Below are positions 29,870 to 37,843 of a stretch of 64,000 nucleotides of DNA, one piece after another; the stretch's first letter is position 1; every line of letters starts with the position of its first letter. Origin of the DNA: an uncultured Bacilli bacterium (GTDB taxonomy: Bacteria > Bacillota_I > Bacilli_A > RF39 > UBA660). The stretch spans positions 882 to 64,881 of the forward strand of contig CAKPMC010000005.1 of the NCBI GenBank assembly GCA_934167875.1, read 5' to 3'. Both the position numbers and the translations under genes were made by a program. Below the pieces are notes generated by a model that was not told the origin of the DNA, made no database searches, and worked only from the letters and a program-made list of their open reading frames with translations.

Positions 29870-30169
29870 CTAAAATAATCCACCAGGCATCATACTACTA
29901 AATTTACCCATTTTTTGTTCAGTAACCTTATCAATTTGTTTAAAAGCATCATTTAATGCTACTACTAACATATCTTCAATTATTTCTTTATCATCAGAAG
30001 TAATATCATCATTATTAATAGTTACCTTTTTTACTTCTTTATTACCTGTTACTTCAACAGAAACAAAAGAACTTGTACCAGTAAAAGTCATATTGTCTAT
30101 TTCTTCCTTTGTCTTCATCATATCTTTTTGTAATGATTGAGCTTGTTTCATTAATGCTTGTATATTCAT
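29870..30169 (-). CDS. ybaB: Nucleoid-associated protein YbaB/EbfC
   Basis: 99 aa with N-terminal MKQAQSLQKDM and C-terminal MPGGLF. The dnaX-ybaB-recR synteny supports the call. Confidence 0.9.
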   Translation of the reverse strand: MNIQALMKQAQSLQKDMMKTKEEIDNMTFTGTSSFVSVEVTGNKEVKKVTINNDDITSDDKEIIEDMLVVALNDAFKQIDKVTEQKMGKFSSMMPGGLF

Positions 30170-30184
30170 ATTTTTTCCTCTTTT

Positions 30185-31888
30185 CTAATTTATTGATATC
30201 ATATCTTCACCAAATAATTCGATAGCTTCATCAGTTATAGACCCATTATTTTTATCTACTATATTATTAGCAATTGAAATATCTGGTAATTTTTTATATT
30301 CATATTTAATATTATTATTCATATTTAATATATAATTTTCCTTTTCGTGATTCCACCTATCATTAGTTACCAATGCAATATCATAATGCTTATTATATAT
30401 TTTTTCAAATAGCTTGGAAATCTTTTCAATAATTTTAATACCTCTATCAACCATTGACTCATAAGCAAAAGAAATCAGTACTTCATTCTCACCAACTACT
30501 CTTACTACTCCATCTGAAATATAACATGCAACTGCACCAAATTCATTATCTAATGCATAATCATTAAGTTTATTCCAATTATTTTCAAAGTCCAATTTAT
30601 TTTTTTTATTTGCCCTAGCAAAGCAATTATTAATAATAATATCTAAAATTTCATCATATTTTTCTGAAGTTTCATCAGATAATTGTGGACTAATTATTTC
30701 CCGGGAAATAATTTTATCGGTATTATTATTTGTTTTTTGATAATCATTATCATTAACAGCATTACTAACTTGAAGTTCTTGATTATCTTTCACAGGAGTT
30801 GTTGTATCTGGTAATTTATGATAATCATTATCATTAATATTTTGTTTTGTTAGAATATTCTTATTAATAAATGATAATAATTCTATTTCTAAAGCAATTC
30901 TAATATTTGAAGAAAATTCAGCATTTTTCAATGTATTATTTAATGAATTTAAAAAACTTAATAATAAATCAATGTTATACTTATTTTCATTATTAACATA
31001 ATACGAAACACATAAATTTTTACACAGATTTATCATATCTTGAATAAATACAACAAAATCTTTACCATTATCATATATACTATCAATAAAGCTAATAATA
31101 TAATTTATGTTACCATTCATCACATTATCTAAAAATTTCATACGATCTGGTAATGATACAATTCCATTCACCTTTTCAAAATCTTCAATTGTAATATTAG
31201 AATTGGAATAAGCATTTAATTTATCCAACATACCAACAGCATCACGCATACCACCATCTGATAATTCAGCTATTCTACTTAAAATTTCATTTTCTACTTT
31301 AATATTTTCCTTTTCGCATATATACTCTAACCTCTTAGTAATATCTTCACAGCTAATGCGATGAAATTCAAGGCATTGACACCTAGATATAATAGTGACT
31401 GGTACTTTATGCAAATCAGTTGTAGCTAAAATAAAAATTACATGTTCTGGTGGTTCTTCTAAAGTTTTTAATAGTGCATTAAAAGCACCAATTGATAGCA
31501 TATGAACCTCATCAATAATATATACCTTATATTTTAATTGACCAGGTACTAAATTAATCTTACTTTTAATTTCACGAATTTCATCAACACCATTATTAGA
31601 AGCAGCATCAATTTCTATAATATCAGAATTTGAATTATCACTAATAGATAAACAATTTTTGCATTTTCCACAGGCATCGCCATCATTTAATTCCAAACAA
31701 TTAACAGTTTTTGCTAATATTTTAGCGATAGAAGTTTTTCCAATTCCACGCGGACCAGAAAACATATAAGCATGACAAACTTTATTATTAATAATTGCAT
31801 TTTTCAATATTTTAATAACAATATCTTGGCCAATTACATCTTCTAAAGTAGACGGTCTATATTTTCTATATAAAGCTTGATAAGACAT
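30185..31888 (-). CDS. dnaX: DNA polymerase III subunit gamma/tau
   Basis: Walker A GPRGIGKTS, zinc module CGKCKNC, DEVHMLS and SRCQ. Start MSYQALYRKYRP at 31888 after GGAGGTG. Confidence 0.93.
   Translation of the reverse strand: MSYQALYRKYRPSTLEDVIGQDIVIKILKNAIINNKVCHAYMFSGPRGIGKTSIAKILAKTVNCLELNDGDACGKCKNCLSISDNSNSDIIEIDAASNNGVDEIREIKSKINLVPGQLKYKVYIIDEVHMLSIGAFNALLKTLEEPPEHVIFILATTDLHKVPVTIISRCQCLEFHRISCEDITKRLEYICEKENIKVENEILSRIAELSDGGMRDAVGMLDKLNAYSNSNITIEDFEKVNGIVSLPDRMKFLDNVMNGNINYIISFIDSIYDNGKDFVVFIQDMINLCKNLCVSYYVNNENKYNIDLLLSFLNSLNNTLKNAEFSSNIRIALEIELLSFINKNILTKQNINDNDYHKLPDTTTPVKDNQELQVSNAVNDNDYQKTNNNTDKIISREIISPQLSDETSEKYDEILDIIINNCFARANKKNKLDFENNWNKLNDYALDNEFGAVACYISDGVVRVVGENEVLISFAYESMVDRGIKIIEKISKLFEKIYNKHYDIALVTNDRWNHEKENYILNMNNNIKYEYKKLPDISIANNIVDKNNGSITDEAIELFGEDMISIN
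30695..30710. promoter_or_regulatory. Noc-binding site (NBS) palindrome inside the dnaX coding sequence
   Basis: TATTTCCCGGGAAATA matches the consensus at 16 of 16 positions. It is read in dnaX as the codons for I-I-S-R-E-I-I. Confidence 0.75.
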
Positions 31889-31945
31889 AATACACCTCCA
31901 AAACACTTATATTATACCATTAAAAGCTATTAATTTTAACTATAA

Positions 31946-32395
31946 TCACCTTTTTTCAGCAAAAAATTGTTTTAAAAGTTTTCCACAATCATCATTTAAA
32001 ACAGAACCACACAAATTTACAGGTAAACCATAGTTTTTATCATTTAAAATCTTTTCCACAACTTCTTTTTCAGCATATTCAGGAATAGTACCATAATAAA
32101 TATTAGATATTCTTGATTGATTAATAGCACTTGCACACATAGGACATGGAAACATAGTGACATACATAGTACAACCAATTAATCTCCAATTTTTAAGTTT
32201 TGCACATGCCTTTTCAATAGCTATAATTTCAGCATGTTTAACTGCGCAGCAACTATTTTCTTTTAAATTATGACCTCTAGCTATTACTTTACCATTTTGC
32301 ACAATAATGGCTCCAACGGGGATTTCACCCTTAATATAAGCCTTTTCAGCCTCAGCTAAGGCTAATTTCATATAATATATATTTTTATTTTCCAT
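31946..32395 (-). CDS. tadA: tRNA-specific adenosine deaminase
   Basis: Zinc motifs HAEIIAI and PCPMCASA. Start refined to MENKNIYYM (ATG at 32395). The track ORF would overlap the SRP RNA. Confidence 0.9.
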   Translation of the reverse strand: MENKNIYYMKLALAEAEKAYIKGEIPVGAIIVQNGKVIARGHNLKENSCCAVKHAEIIAIEKACAKLKNWRLIGCTMYVTMFPCPMCASAINQSRISNIYYGTIPEYAEKEVVEKILNDKNYGLPVNLCGSVLNDDCGKLLKQFFAEKR

Positions 32396-32413
32396 AATTT
32401 CACCTACAAAAAA

Positions 32414-32487
32414 GGTGCACATAAATATTATATGTTAAGGCTGCTATCTTCCGATCCTGACCTGGTTCCATAAATACTTATTGCACC
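32414..32487 (-). ncRNA. ffs: Signal recognition particle RNA, minimal 4.5S-like form
   Basis: The minus strand reads GGTGCAATAAGTATTTATGGAACCAGGTCAGGATCGGAAGATAGCAGCCTTAACATATAATATTTATGTGCACC followed by T6. It has the conserved domain IV core CCAGGUCAGG..CGGAAG..AGCAGCC and closing helix GGUGCA/UGCACC. Confidence 0.8.
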
Positions 32488-32494
32488 AATGAAT

Positions 32495-32523
32495 ATAATA
32501 TTATATTTTATAAAAAAGAGCAA
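32495..32523 (-). promoter_or_regulatory. Promoter of the SRP RNA
   Basis: TTGCTC, a 17-nt spacer, then TATTAT. The start of the GGTGCA helix lies 7 nt downstream. Confidence 0.6.
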
Positions 32524-32532
32524 CTTTTTTTA

Positions 32533-32548
32533 TGTTTCACGTGAAACA
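32533..32548. promoter_or_regulatory. parS site 1 (ParB/Spo0J centromere)
   Basis: TGTTTCACGTGAAACA fits consensus TGTTNCACGTGAAACA perfectly. The palindrome extends to 18 bp: ATGTTTCACGTGAAACAT. Confidence 0.85.
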
Positions 32549-32549
32549 T

Positions 32550-32558
32550 TGTGGAAAA
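32550..32558 (-). promoter_or_regulatory. DnaA box (TTTTCCACA) fused to parS 1
   Basis: The plus strand reads TGTGGAAAA, 1 nt after parS 1. It has one mismatch to TTATCCACA and is the same variant that dominates oriC here. Confidence 0.65.
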
Positions 32559-32637
32559 TATAATTTAAATACATATATTTATAATTAAATTATTTAAAAT
32601 TATAGTGTTTTGATACAAATATTAACTAATTTTGCTA

Positions 32638-32653
32638 TGTTTCACGTGAAACA
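32638..32653. promoter_or_regulatory. parS site 2
   Basis: TGTTTCACGTGAAACA, a perfect match. Confidence 0.85.
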
Positions 32654-32662
32654 TGTGAATAA
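32654..32662 (-). promoter_or_regulatory. DnaA box-like (TTATTCACA) fused to parS 2
   Basis: The plus strand reads TGTGAATAA directly abutting parS 2. One mismatch to the consensus. Confidence 0.55.
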
Positions 32663-32857
32663 CTATTATTTTATTAATATAATATATAAATAAAATAATA
32701 GTATGTAAAATTTAATCATTTCAAAAAAACTAATAAAATCAGTACTATATAAAGTAAAATATTATGATCTTAGTACGTTAATATTTTATATAGTAAATAT
32801 AATTATTATAAGCTATATTATTTTCTAATATCATATAAATATTTAGAATAATATATA

Positions 32858-32873
32858 TGTTTCACGTGAAACA
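32858..32873. promoter_or_regulatory. parS site 3
   Basis: TGTTTCACGTGAAACA, a perfect match. Confidence 0.85.
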
Positions 32874-32874
32874 T

Positions 32875-32883
32875 TGTGGATAA
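32875..32883 (-). promoter_or_regulatory. Consensus DnaA box fused to parS 3
   Basis: The plus strand reads TGTGGATAA, the exact complement of TTATCCACA, 1 nt after parS 3. Confidence 0.75.
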
Positions 32884-32885
32884 AT

Positions 32886-32901
32886 TATTTCCCGGGAAAT
32901 A
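32886..32901. promoter_or_regulatory. Noc-binding site (NBS) in cassette 3
   Basis: TATTTCCCGGGAAATA matches at 16 of 16 positions, 2 nt after the DnaA box. Confidence 0.8.
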
Positions 32902-33112
32902 ATTTGAAACATCGTATATTACTCAAATAAATATATAATAACAAAATTATTAAATAGTGATGTAAATTAATAGCTGTTTTTTACACCAAATCACATAAGT
33001 AACAAGTAAGTAATATATTAATATTTATTTACATTACAGTAAAAATTAATTTTAAATTATGTAATTTAAATTAATAATTGTTTTAAGTACTTCATTAAAA
33101 TAAATAAAACAA

Positions 33113-33128
33113 TGTTTCACGTGAAACA
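33113..33128. promoter_or_regulatory. parS site 4
   Basis: TGTTTCACGTGAAACA, a perfect match. Confidence 0.85.
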
Positions 33129-33137
33129 TGTGGATAA
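33129..33137 (-). promoter_or_regulatory. Consensus DnaA box fused to parS 4
   Basis: The plus strand reads TGTGGATAA directly abutting parS 4. Confidence 0.75.
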
Positions 33138-33140
33138 ATT

Positions 33141-33156
33141 TATTTCCCGGGAAATA
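33141..33156. promoter_or_regulatory. Noc-binding site (NBS) in cassette 4
   Basis: TATTTCCCGGGAAATA matches at 16 of 16 positions, 3 nt after the DnaA box. Confidence 0.8.
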
Positions 33157-33190
33157 ATTTATAAAAAATAGCTTTTAACAATTAATAAAA

Positions 33191-33199
33191 TTATCCACA
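33191..33199 (+). promoter_or_regulatory. Consensus DnaA box, inverted relative to the other four
   Basis: TTATCCACA on the plus strand, 19 nt before the fifth parS-like palindrome. Confidence 0.7.
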
Positions 33200-33218
33200 A
33201 ATAAATAAATCAAAATAT

Positions 33219-33234
33219 AGTTTCACGTGAAACT
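33219..33234. promoter_or_regulatory. parS-like site 5 (outer positions changed)
   Basis: AGTTTCACGTGAAACT keeps the inner 14 bp of parS and the palindrome. It lies 13 nt downstream of the gyrA stop. Confidence 0.65.
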
Positions 33235-33246
33235 AAAAAAGTATGT

Positions 33247-35892
33247 CTATTCAGACACACTTTCATTATTTTCACTTTCACTATTATCAAGTTCAGTAGC
33301 AGACTCAGTTGATTCTTCATCTTCCTTAATAATGGTAGAAACAGTTGCTACCTTTTGATCATCTTTAAGTTTAATTAAACGAACACCTTGAGTAGCACGA
33401 CCTAAGGTAGATATTTGATCCATTGCCATTCTCATTACGATACCACTATCAGTAATAATAACTAAATCTTCTTCACCAGTAACAGCCTTTAATGATACTA
33501 ACATACCATTCTTTTCAGTAACATTAAGTGCCTTAACACCCTTACTACCACGATGCGTTAATCTATATTCGTCAATTGGAGTCTTCTTTCCATAACCTTT
33601 TTCAGTAACTATTAATACCTGTTCATCAGAAGTAATTATTTCGCCACCTATAACCGTGCTATTACCTAATTCAATACCTTTAACACCAGAAGCAGTACGA
33701 CCCATGACACGAATTTCGTTTTCCACAAATCTTACCATTCTTCCATTTGATGCACCAATAATAACTTCATTTTCTCCAGTAGTTTTACGAACAGATATAA
33801 GTTCATCATCTTCTTTTAACGTTATAGCAATTTTTCCACTACTACGTATATTATCAAATTCACTTAAATCAGTACGTTTAACAATACCATTTTTAGTAAC
33901 AAATACAAAGTAATTATATTCATGTTCCTTAGCACTCAATGAAACAATAGAATTAATGCTTTCACCTTTTTCCACAGGTAATAAATTAACTATTGGCAGT
34001 CCTTTACTTTGTCTGCTAAATTCTGGAACCTCATAACCTTTCATTCTGTATACCTTACCTTTATTACTAAAGAAGAATATATAATCATGAGTTTCCATAT
34101 TAATCATCTTTTCCACAAAATCCTCTTCATTAGTAGCCATACCTTTAATTCCTACTCCGCCACGATTTTGTGTACGATAAGCATCAACTGGCATTCTCTT
34201 AATATAACCTTTATTAGTTAATGTAATTAATATGTTATCCACAGGTATCAACGATTCATCCTCTATATATTCAATTGCTGTCATATCAATTTGAGTTCTA
34301 CGATCATCACTGTACTTACGCTTAATTTCTAGCATTTCCTCTTTAATAATATCTAGAACTCTTTGTCCATTAGCTAAAATATCCTTATAATCAGCTATCT
34401 TAACAAGTAAATCATTTAATTCAGCTTCTACTTTTCCACGTTCTAATCCAGTTAAACGACGTAATCTCATCTCAAGAATACTGTTAGCTTGAATATCATC
34501 TAAAGCAAATCTAGACATTAAATTATTTCTTGCCTCATCATCACTTTCAGCAGCCCTAATAATATGTACAACTTCATCGATATTATCAAGTGCTATACGT
34601 AATCCTTCTAAAATATGAACTCTTTCTTCAGCTTTTCCTAAATCATAACGAGTTCTTCTTAAAATTACTTCCTTTTGATGATCTATATATTTAGAAATAA
34701 TATCCTTTATACCTAAAGTTCTAGGAGTTTGACCATCAAGAACTAAGAAAATAATACCATAAGATATTTGAAAATTAGTATGCTTATATAATTGATTCAA
34801 AATAACTTGTGCATTAGCATCTTTCTTTAAAGTAATAGTAATTTTAATACCATCTTTTAAATCAGTATGATAATCAGAAATACCTTCAATAGTTTTATTA
34901 TGAACAAGTTCAGCAACTTTATTTTTAAGTTCCATAGTATTAACACCGTAAGGAACTTCTGTAATAACTATTTGATGATGATTACCATTTTCTTCAATAG
35001 TAGCTTTACTACGAATAGTAATGGAACCTCGACCTGTTTCATAAGCTTTCTTAATACCAGAATTACCTAAAATAATACCACCTGTAGGAAAATCTGGTCC
35101 TTTAATATATTGCATCAATCCCATGGTATCAATATCTGGATTATCAATATACGCAACACAACCATCTATAACTTCTCCTAAATTATGTGGTGGAATATTA
35201 GTAGCCATACCAACTGCAATACCCATAGATCCATTAACAAGTACATTAGGAAATCTAGAAGGTAATACTTTAGGTTCTTTTCTTGTAGCATCAAAGTTGT
35301 CATCCATATCAACAGTATCTTTATTAATATCCCTTAATAATTCCAATGAAATTTTAGCAAGCCTTGACTCGGTATAACGCATTGCTGCTGCGCCATCTCC
35401 TTCAATATTACCAAAATTACCATGGCCATCAATTAACATATATCTTTGGTTAAAATCTTGCGCTAAACGTACCATTGCTTCATAAATAGAACTATCTCCA
35501 TGTGGGTGATAATTACCCATAACTTCTCCGACCGTTTTAGCGCTCTTTCTGTGAGGTTTATCAGGTGTATAACCAGATTCATACATAGACCATAAAATAC
35601 GTCTGTGAACAGGCTTTAAACCATCTCTAAGGTCAGGTAATGCACGAGACTTAATAACACTCATTGAATATTCCATAAAAGAAGTTTTAACTTCATCTAC
35701 AATGTTATTATGATCTAATCTATCTCTTTCATGAAAATATCCACTAAAATTACCATTAGATTTAATTATATCAATATCTTCTTGAGAATTATTATCATTA
35801 GTATTAGAAGTATCATCAGTAACATTATCAGTATTATTATCTTCTTCACTAGCTCTAGCTAATAATTCATTTAAATCATCTTTGTTATCCAT
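33247..35892 (-). CDS. gyrA: DNA gyrase subunit A, with an acidic N-terminal extension and an acidic C-terminal tail
   Basis: Motifs YSMSVIKSRALPDLRDGLKPVHRRILW and active-site AAMRYTE, plus beta-pinwheel CTD repeats. ATG at 35892 lies 7 nt after GGGAGG. Confidence 0.97.
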   Translation of the reverse strand: MDNKDDLNELLARASEEDNNTDNVTDDTSNTNDNNSQEDIDIIKSNGNFSGYFHERDRLDHNNIVDEVKTSFMEYSMSVIKSRALPDLRDGLKPVHRRILWSMYESGYTPDKPHRKSAKTVGEVMGNYHPHGDSSIYEAMVRLAQDFNQRYMLIDGHGNFGNIEGDGAAAMRYTESRLAKISLELLRDINKDTVDMDDNFDATRKEPKVLPSRFPNVLVNGSMGIAVGMATNIPPHNLGEVIDGCVAYIDNPDIDTMGLMQYIKGPDFPTGGIILGNSGIKKAYETGRGSITIRSKATIEENGNHHQIVITEVPYGVNTMELKNKVAELVHNKTIEGISDYHTDLKDGIKITITLKKDANAQVILNQLYKHTNFQISYGIIFLVLDGQTPRTLGIKDIISKYIDHQKEVILRRTRYDLGKAEERVHILEGLRIALDNIDEVVHIIRAAESDDEARNNLMSRFALDDIQANSILEMRLRRLTGLERGKVEAELNDLLVKIADYKDILANGQRVLDIIKEEMLEIKRKYSDDRRTQIDMTAIEYIEDESLIPVDNILITLTNKGYIKRMPVDAYRTQNRGGVGIKGMATNEEDFVEKMINMETHDYIFFFSNKGKVYRMKGYEVPEFSRQSKGLPIVNLLPVEKGESINSIVSLSAKEHEYNYFVFVTKNGIVKRTDLSEFDNIRSSGKIAITLKEDDELISVRKTTGENEVIIGASNGRMVRFVENEIRVMGRTASGVKGIELGNSTVIGGEIITSDEQVLIVTEKGYGKKTPIDEYRLTHRGSKGVKALNVTEKNGMLVSLKAVTGEEDLVIITDSGIVMRMAMDQISTLGRATQGVRLIKLKDDQKVATVSTIIKEDEESTESATELDNSESENNESVSE

Positions 35893-35903
35893 ACTACGCC
35901 TCC

Positions 35904-37841
35904 CTAAATATCAAGATTTTGAACATAATCTGCATTTTCTTCTATAAATTTTCTTCTAGGATCTACTTCATCACCCATTAATTTTTCAAATATTGCATCA
36001 GCAGCTACACAATCATCAACAGTAATCTTTCTTAAAACTCTCTTTTCAATATCCATAGTTGTTTCATTTAATTCTTCAGCATCCATTTCCCCTAAACCTT
36101 TCATACGAGCTATTTCAGCTTTAGAACGAACATTTTCTGGTAATGAATTCAAATATGCAGCTAATTCATCATCATTAAGTACATATTTTCTAGTTTTACC
36201 ATGCATAATTCTATATAAAGGTGGTTGAGCAGCATAAACATGCCCAGCTTCAACAATAGGTCTAAAGAAACGATAAAATAATGTTAATAATAATACACGT
36301 ATATGTGAACCATCAACATCGGCATCAGTCATAATAATAATTTTGTCATATCTAAGTTTAGATAAATCAAAATATTCACCAATTCCAGTACCAAAAGCTG
36401 TAATAATAGTCTTAATTTCTTCGTTACTAAGTGCTTTATCTACTCTAGCCTTTTCTACATTTAAAATTTTACCTCTTAGTGGTAATATTGCTTGAGTCAT
36501 TGAATCTCTACCTTTTTTAGCAGAACCACCAGCACTATCTCCTTCGACTATAAATATTTCAGAAATGCTAGGATCTTTACTCTTACAGTCAGATAATTTA
36601 CCAAAGAAATTAGTAACAGCTAAATCACTCTTTCTAGTAGCTTCTCTTGCTCTCTTAGCAGCCATTCTGGCATTTCTAGCTAATAATGCCTTATTAACAA
36701 TAATTTTAGCATCTTCAGGATTTTCTAATAAAAATCTTTCAAATCCTTCAGCAAAAACACTATCAGCTAAACTTCTAACTTCAGAATTACCAAGTCTTCC
36801 TTTAGTTTGTCCTTCAAATTGAGGATTTGGATGCTTACAAGAAATAATCATAGTAAGACCTTCTTTAACATCATCCTCTTTTAAGTTTTCGTCTTTTTCT
36901 TTTAACATATTATTTTTTCTAGCATAATTATTAATTACTCTTGATAAAGCTCTTTTAACACCATCTTCATGTGTTCCACCATCATGAGTGTTAATATTAT
37001 TAACAAAAGAATAAATATTAGTATTATAAGAAGTGTTATACTGCATAGCTACTTCAAAAAATACACCATCTTTTTCCCCACTTAGGTGAATAATATCTTG
37101 ATGAATTGGTGTTTTTTCCTGATTAATGAATTTAACATATTCACTAATACCACCTTCATAAAGGAAAGTTTCACCAGTAGTATCTTCTAAGTCACGATCA
37201 TCTCTTATATTAATAGATAATCCCCTATTTAAAAATGCTAATTCACGAATTCTTACTTTTAATGTTTCATAATCATATATATCTGTATCAAATATTTCAG
37301 GATCAGGTTTAAATGTAACTGTAGTACCAGTTCTATCTTCACTACATTCACCAATTACATGTAATGGCTGTACTGTATGTCCACCATTTTCAAAACGAAT
37401 TTGATGTATTTTACCATTTTTATAAACTGTAACTTCTACCCATTTACTAAGAGCATTAACAACACTAGCACCAACACCATGAAGTCCACCTGATACTTTG
37501 TATCCTCCACCACCAAATTTACCACCAGCATGAAGTACAGTATAAACTGTTTCAACTGTAGAAATACCTGTTTTAGGGTGAATATCAACTGGTATACCAC
37601 GACCATCATCTTTAACAGTTATTGAATTATCTTTATTAATAACTACTTCAATATTATGACAATAACCAGCTAATGCTTCATCTATAGCATTATCCACAAT
37701 TTCCCATACCAAATGATGTAGACCTTTTACATCAGTAGTACCAATATACATACCAGGTCTTTTTCTTACTGCTTCTAACCCTTCAAGTACTTGAATATCC
37801 GAAGCATCATAATGATTTGTAACTTTTTCTTCCATATCCAT
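35904..37841 (-). CDS. gyrB: DNA gyrase subunit B
   Basis: Motifs [26 protein letters not shown] and [12 protein letters not shown]. An alternative start lies at 37835. Confidence 0.97.
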   Translation of the reverse strand: MDMEEKVTNHYDASDIQVLEGLEAVRKRPGMYIGTTDVKGLHHLVWEIVDNAIDEALAGYCHNIEVVINKDNSITVKDDGRGIPVDIHPKTGISTVETVYTVLHAGGKFGGGGYKVSGGLHGVGASVVNALSKWVEVTVYKNGKIHQIRFENGGHTVQPLHVIGECSEDRTGTTVTFKPDPEIFDTDIYDYETLKVRIRELAFLNRGLSINIRDDRDLEDTTGETFLYEGGISEYVKFINQEKTPIHQDIIHLSGEKDGVFFEVAMQYNTSYNTNIYSFVNNINTHDGGTHEDGVKRALSRVINNYARKNNMLKEKDENLKEDDVKEGLTMIISCKHPNPQFEGQTKGRLGNSEVRSLADSVFAEGFERFLLENPEDAKIIVNKALLARNARMAAKRAREATRKSDLAVTNFFGKLSDCKSKDPSISEIFIVEGDSAGGSAKKGRDSMTQAILPLRGKILNVEKARVDKALSNEEIKTIITAFGTGIGEYFDLSKLRYDKIIIMTDADVDGSHIRVLLLTLFYRFFRPIVEAGHVYAAQPPLYRIMHGKTRKYVLNDDELAAYLNSLPENVRSKAEIARMKGLGEMDAEELNETTMDIEKRVLRKITVDDCVAADAIFEKLMGDEVDPRRKFIEENADYVQNLDI

Positions 37842-37843
37842 CT

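Noticed and set aside
30185-31888. Programmed ribosomal frameshift or slippery site in dnaX producing a gamma subunit
   Set aside because: No A AAA AAG-type heptamer followed by a stem-loop was seen at an appropriate position. This mechanism is not expected in Bacillota.
32533-33234. The repeated palindromes as a possible CRISPR array, MITE/REP family or degraded mobile element
   Set aside because: The repeats are 16-18 bp palindromes with irregular spacing (105, 220, 255 and 106 bp). There are no cas genes, no terminal inverted repeats and no target-site duplications. The sequences match known protein-binding consensus sites (parS, NBS, DnaA box) exactly.
33219-33234. The fifth parS-like palindrome as the gyrA intrinsic terminator
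   Set aside because: It could form only a roughly 6-bp stem around an ACGT loop, followed by ATATTTTG, which is a weak terminator at best. The parS interpretation explains the sequence better, though a dual role is not excluded.
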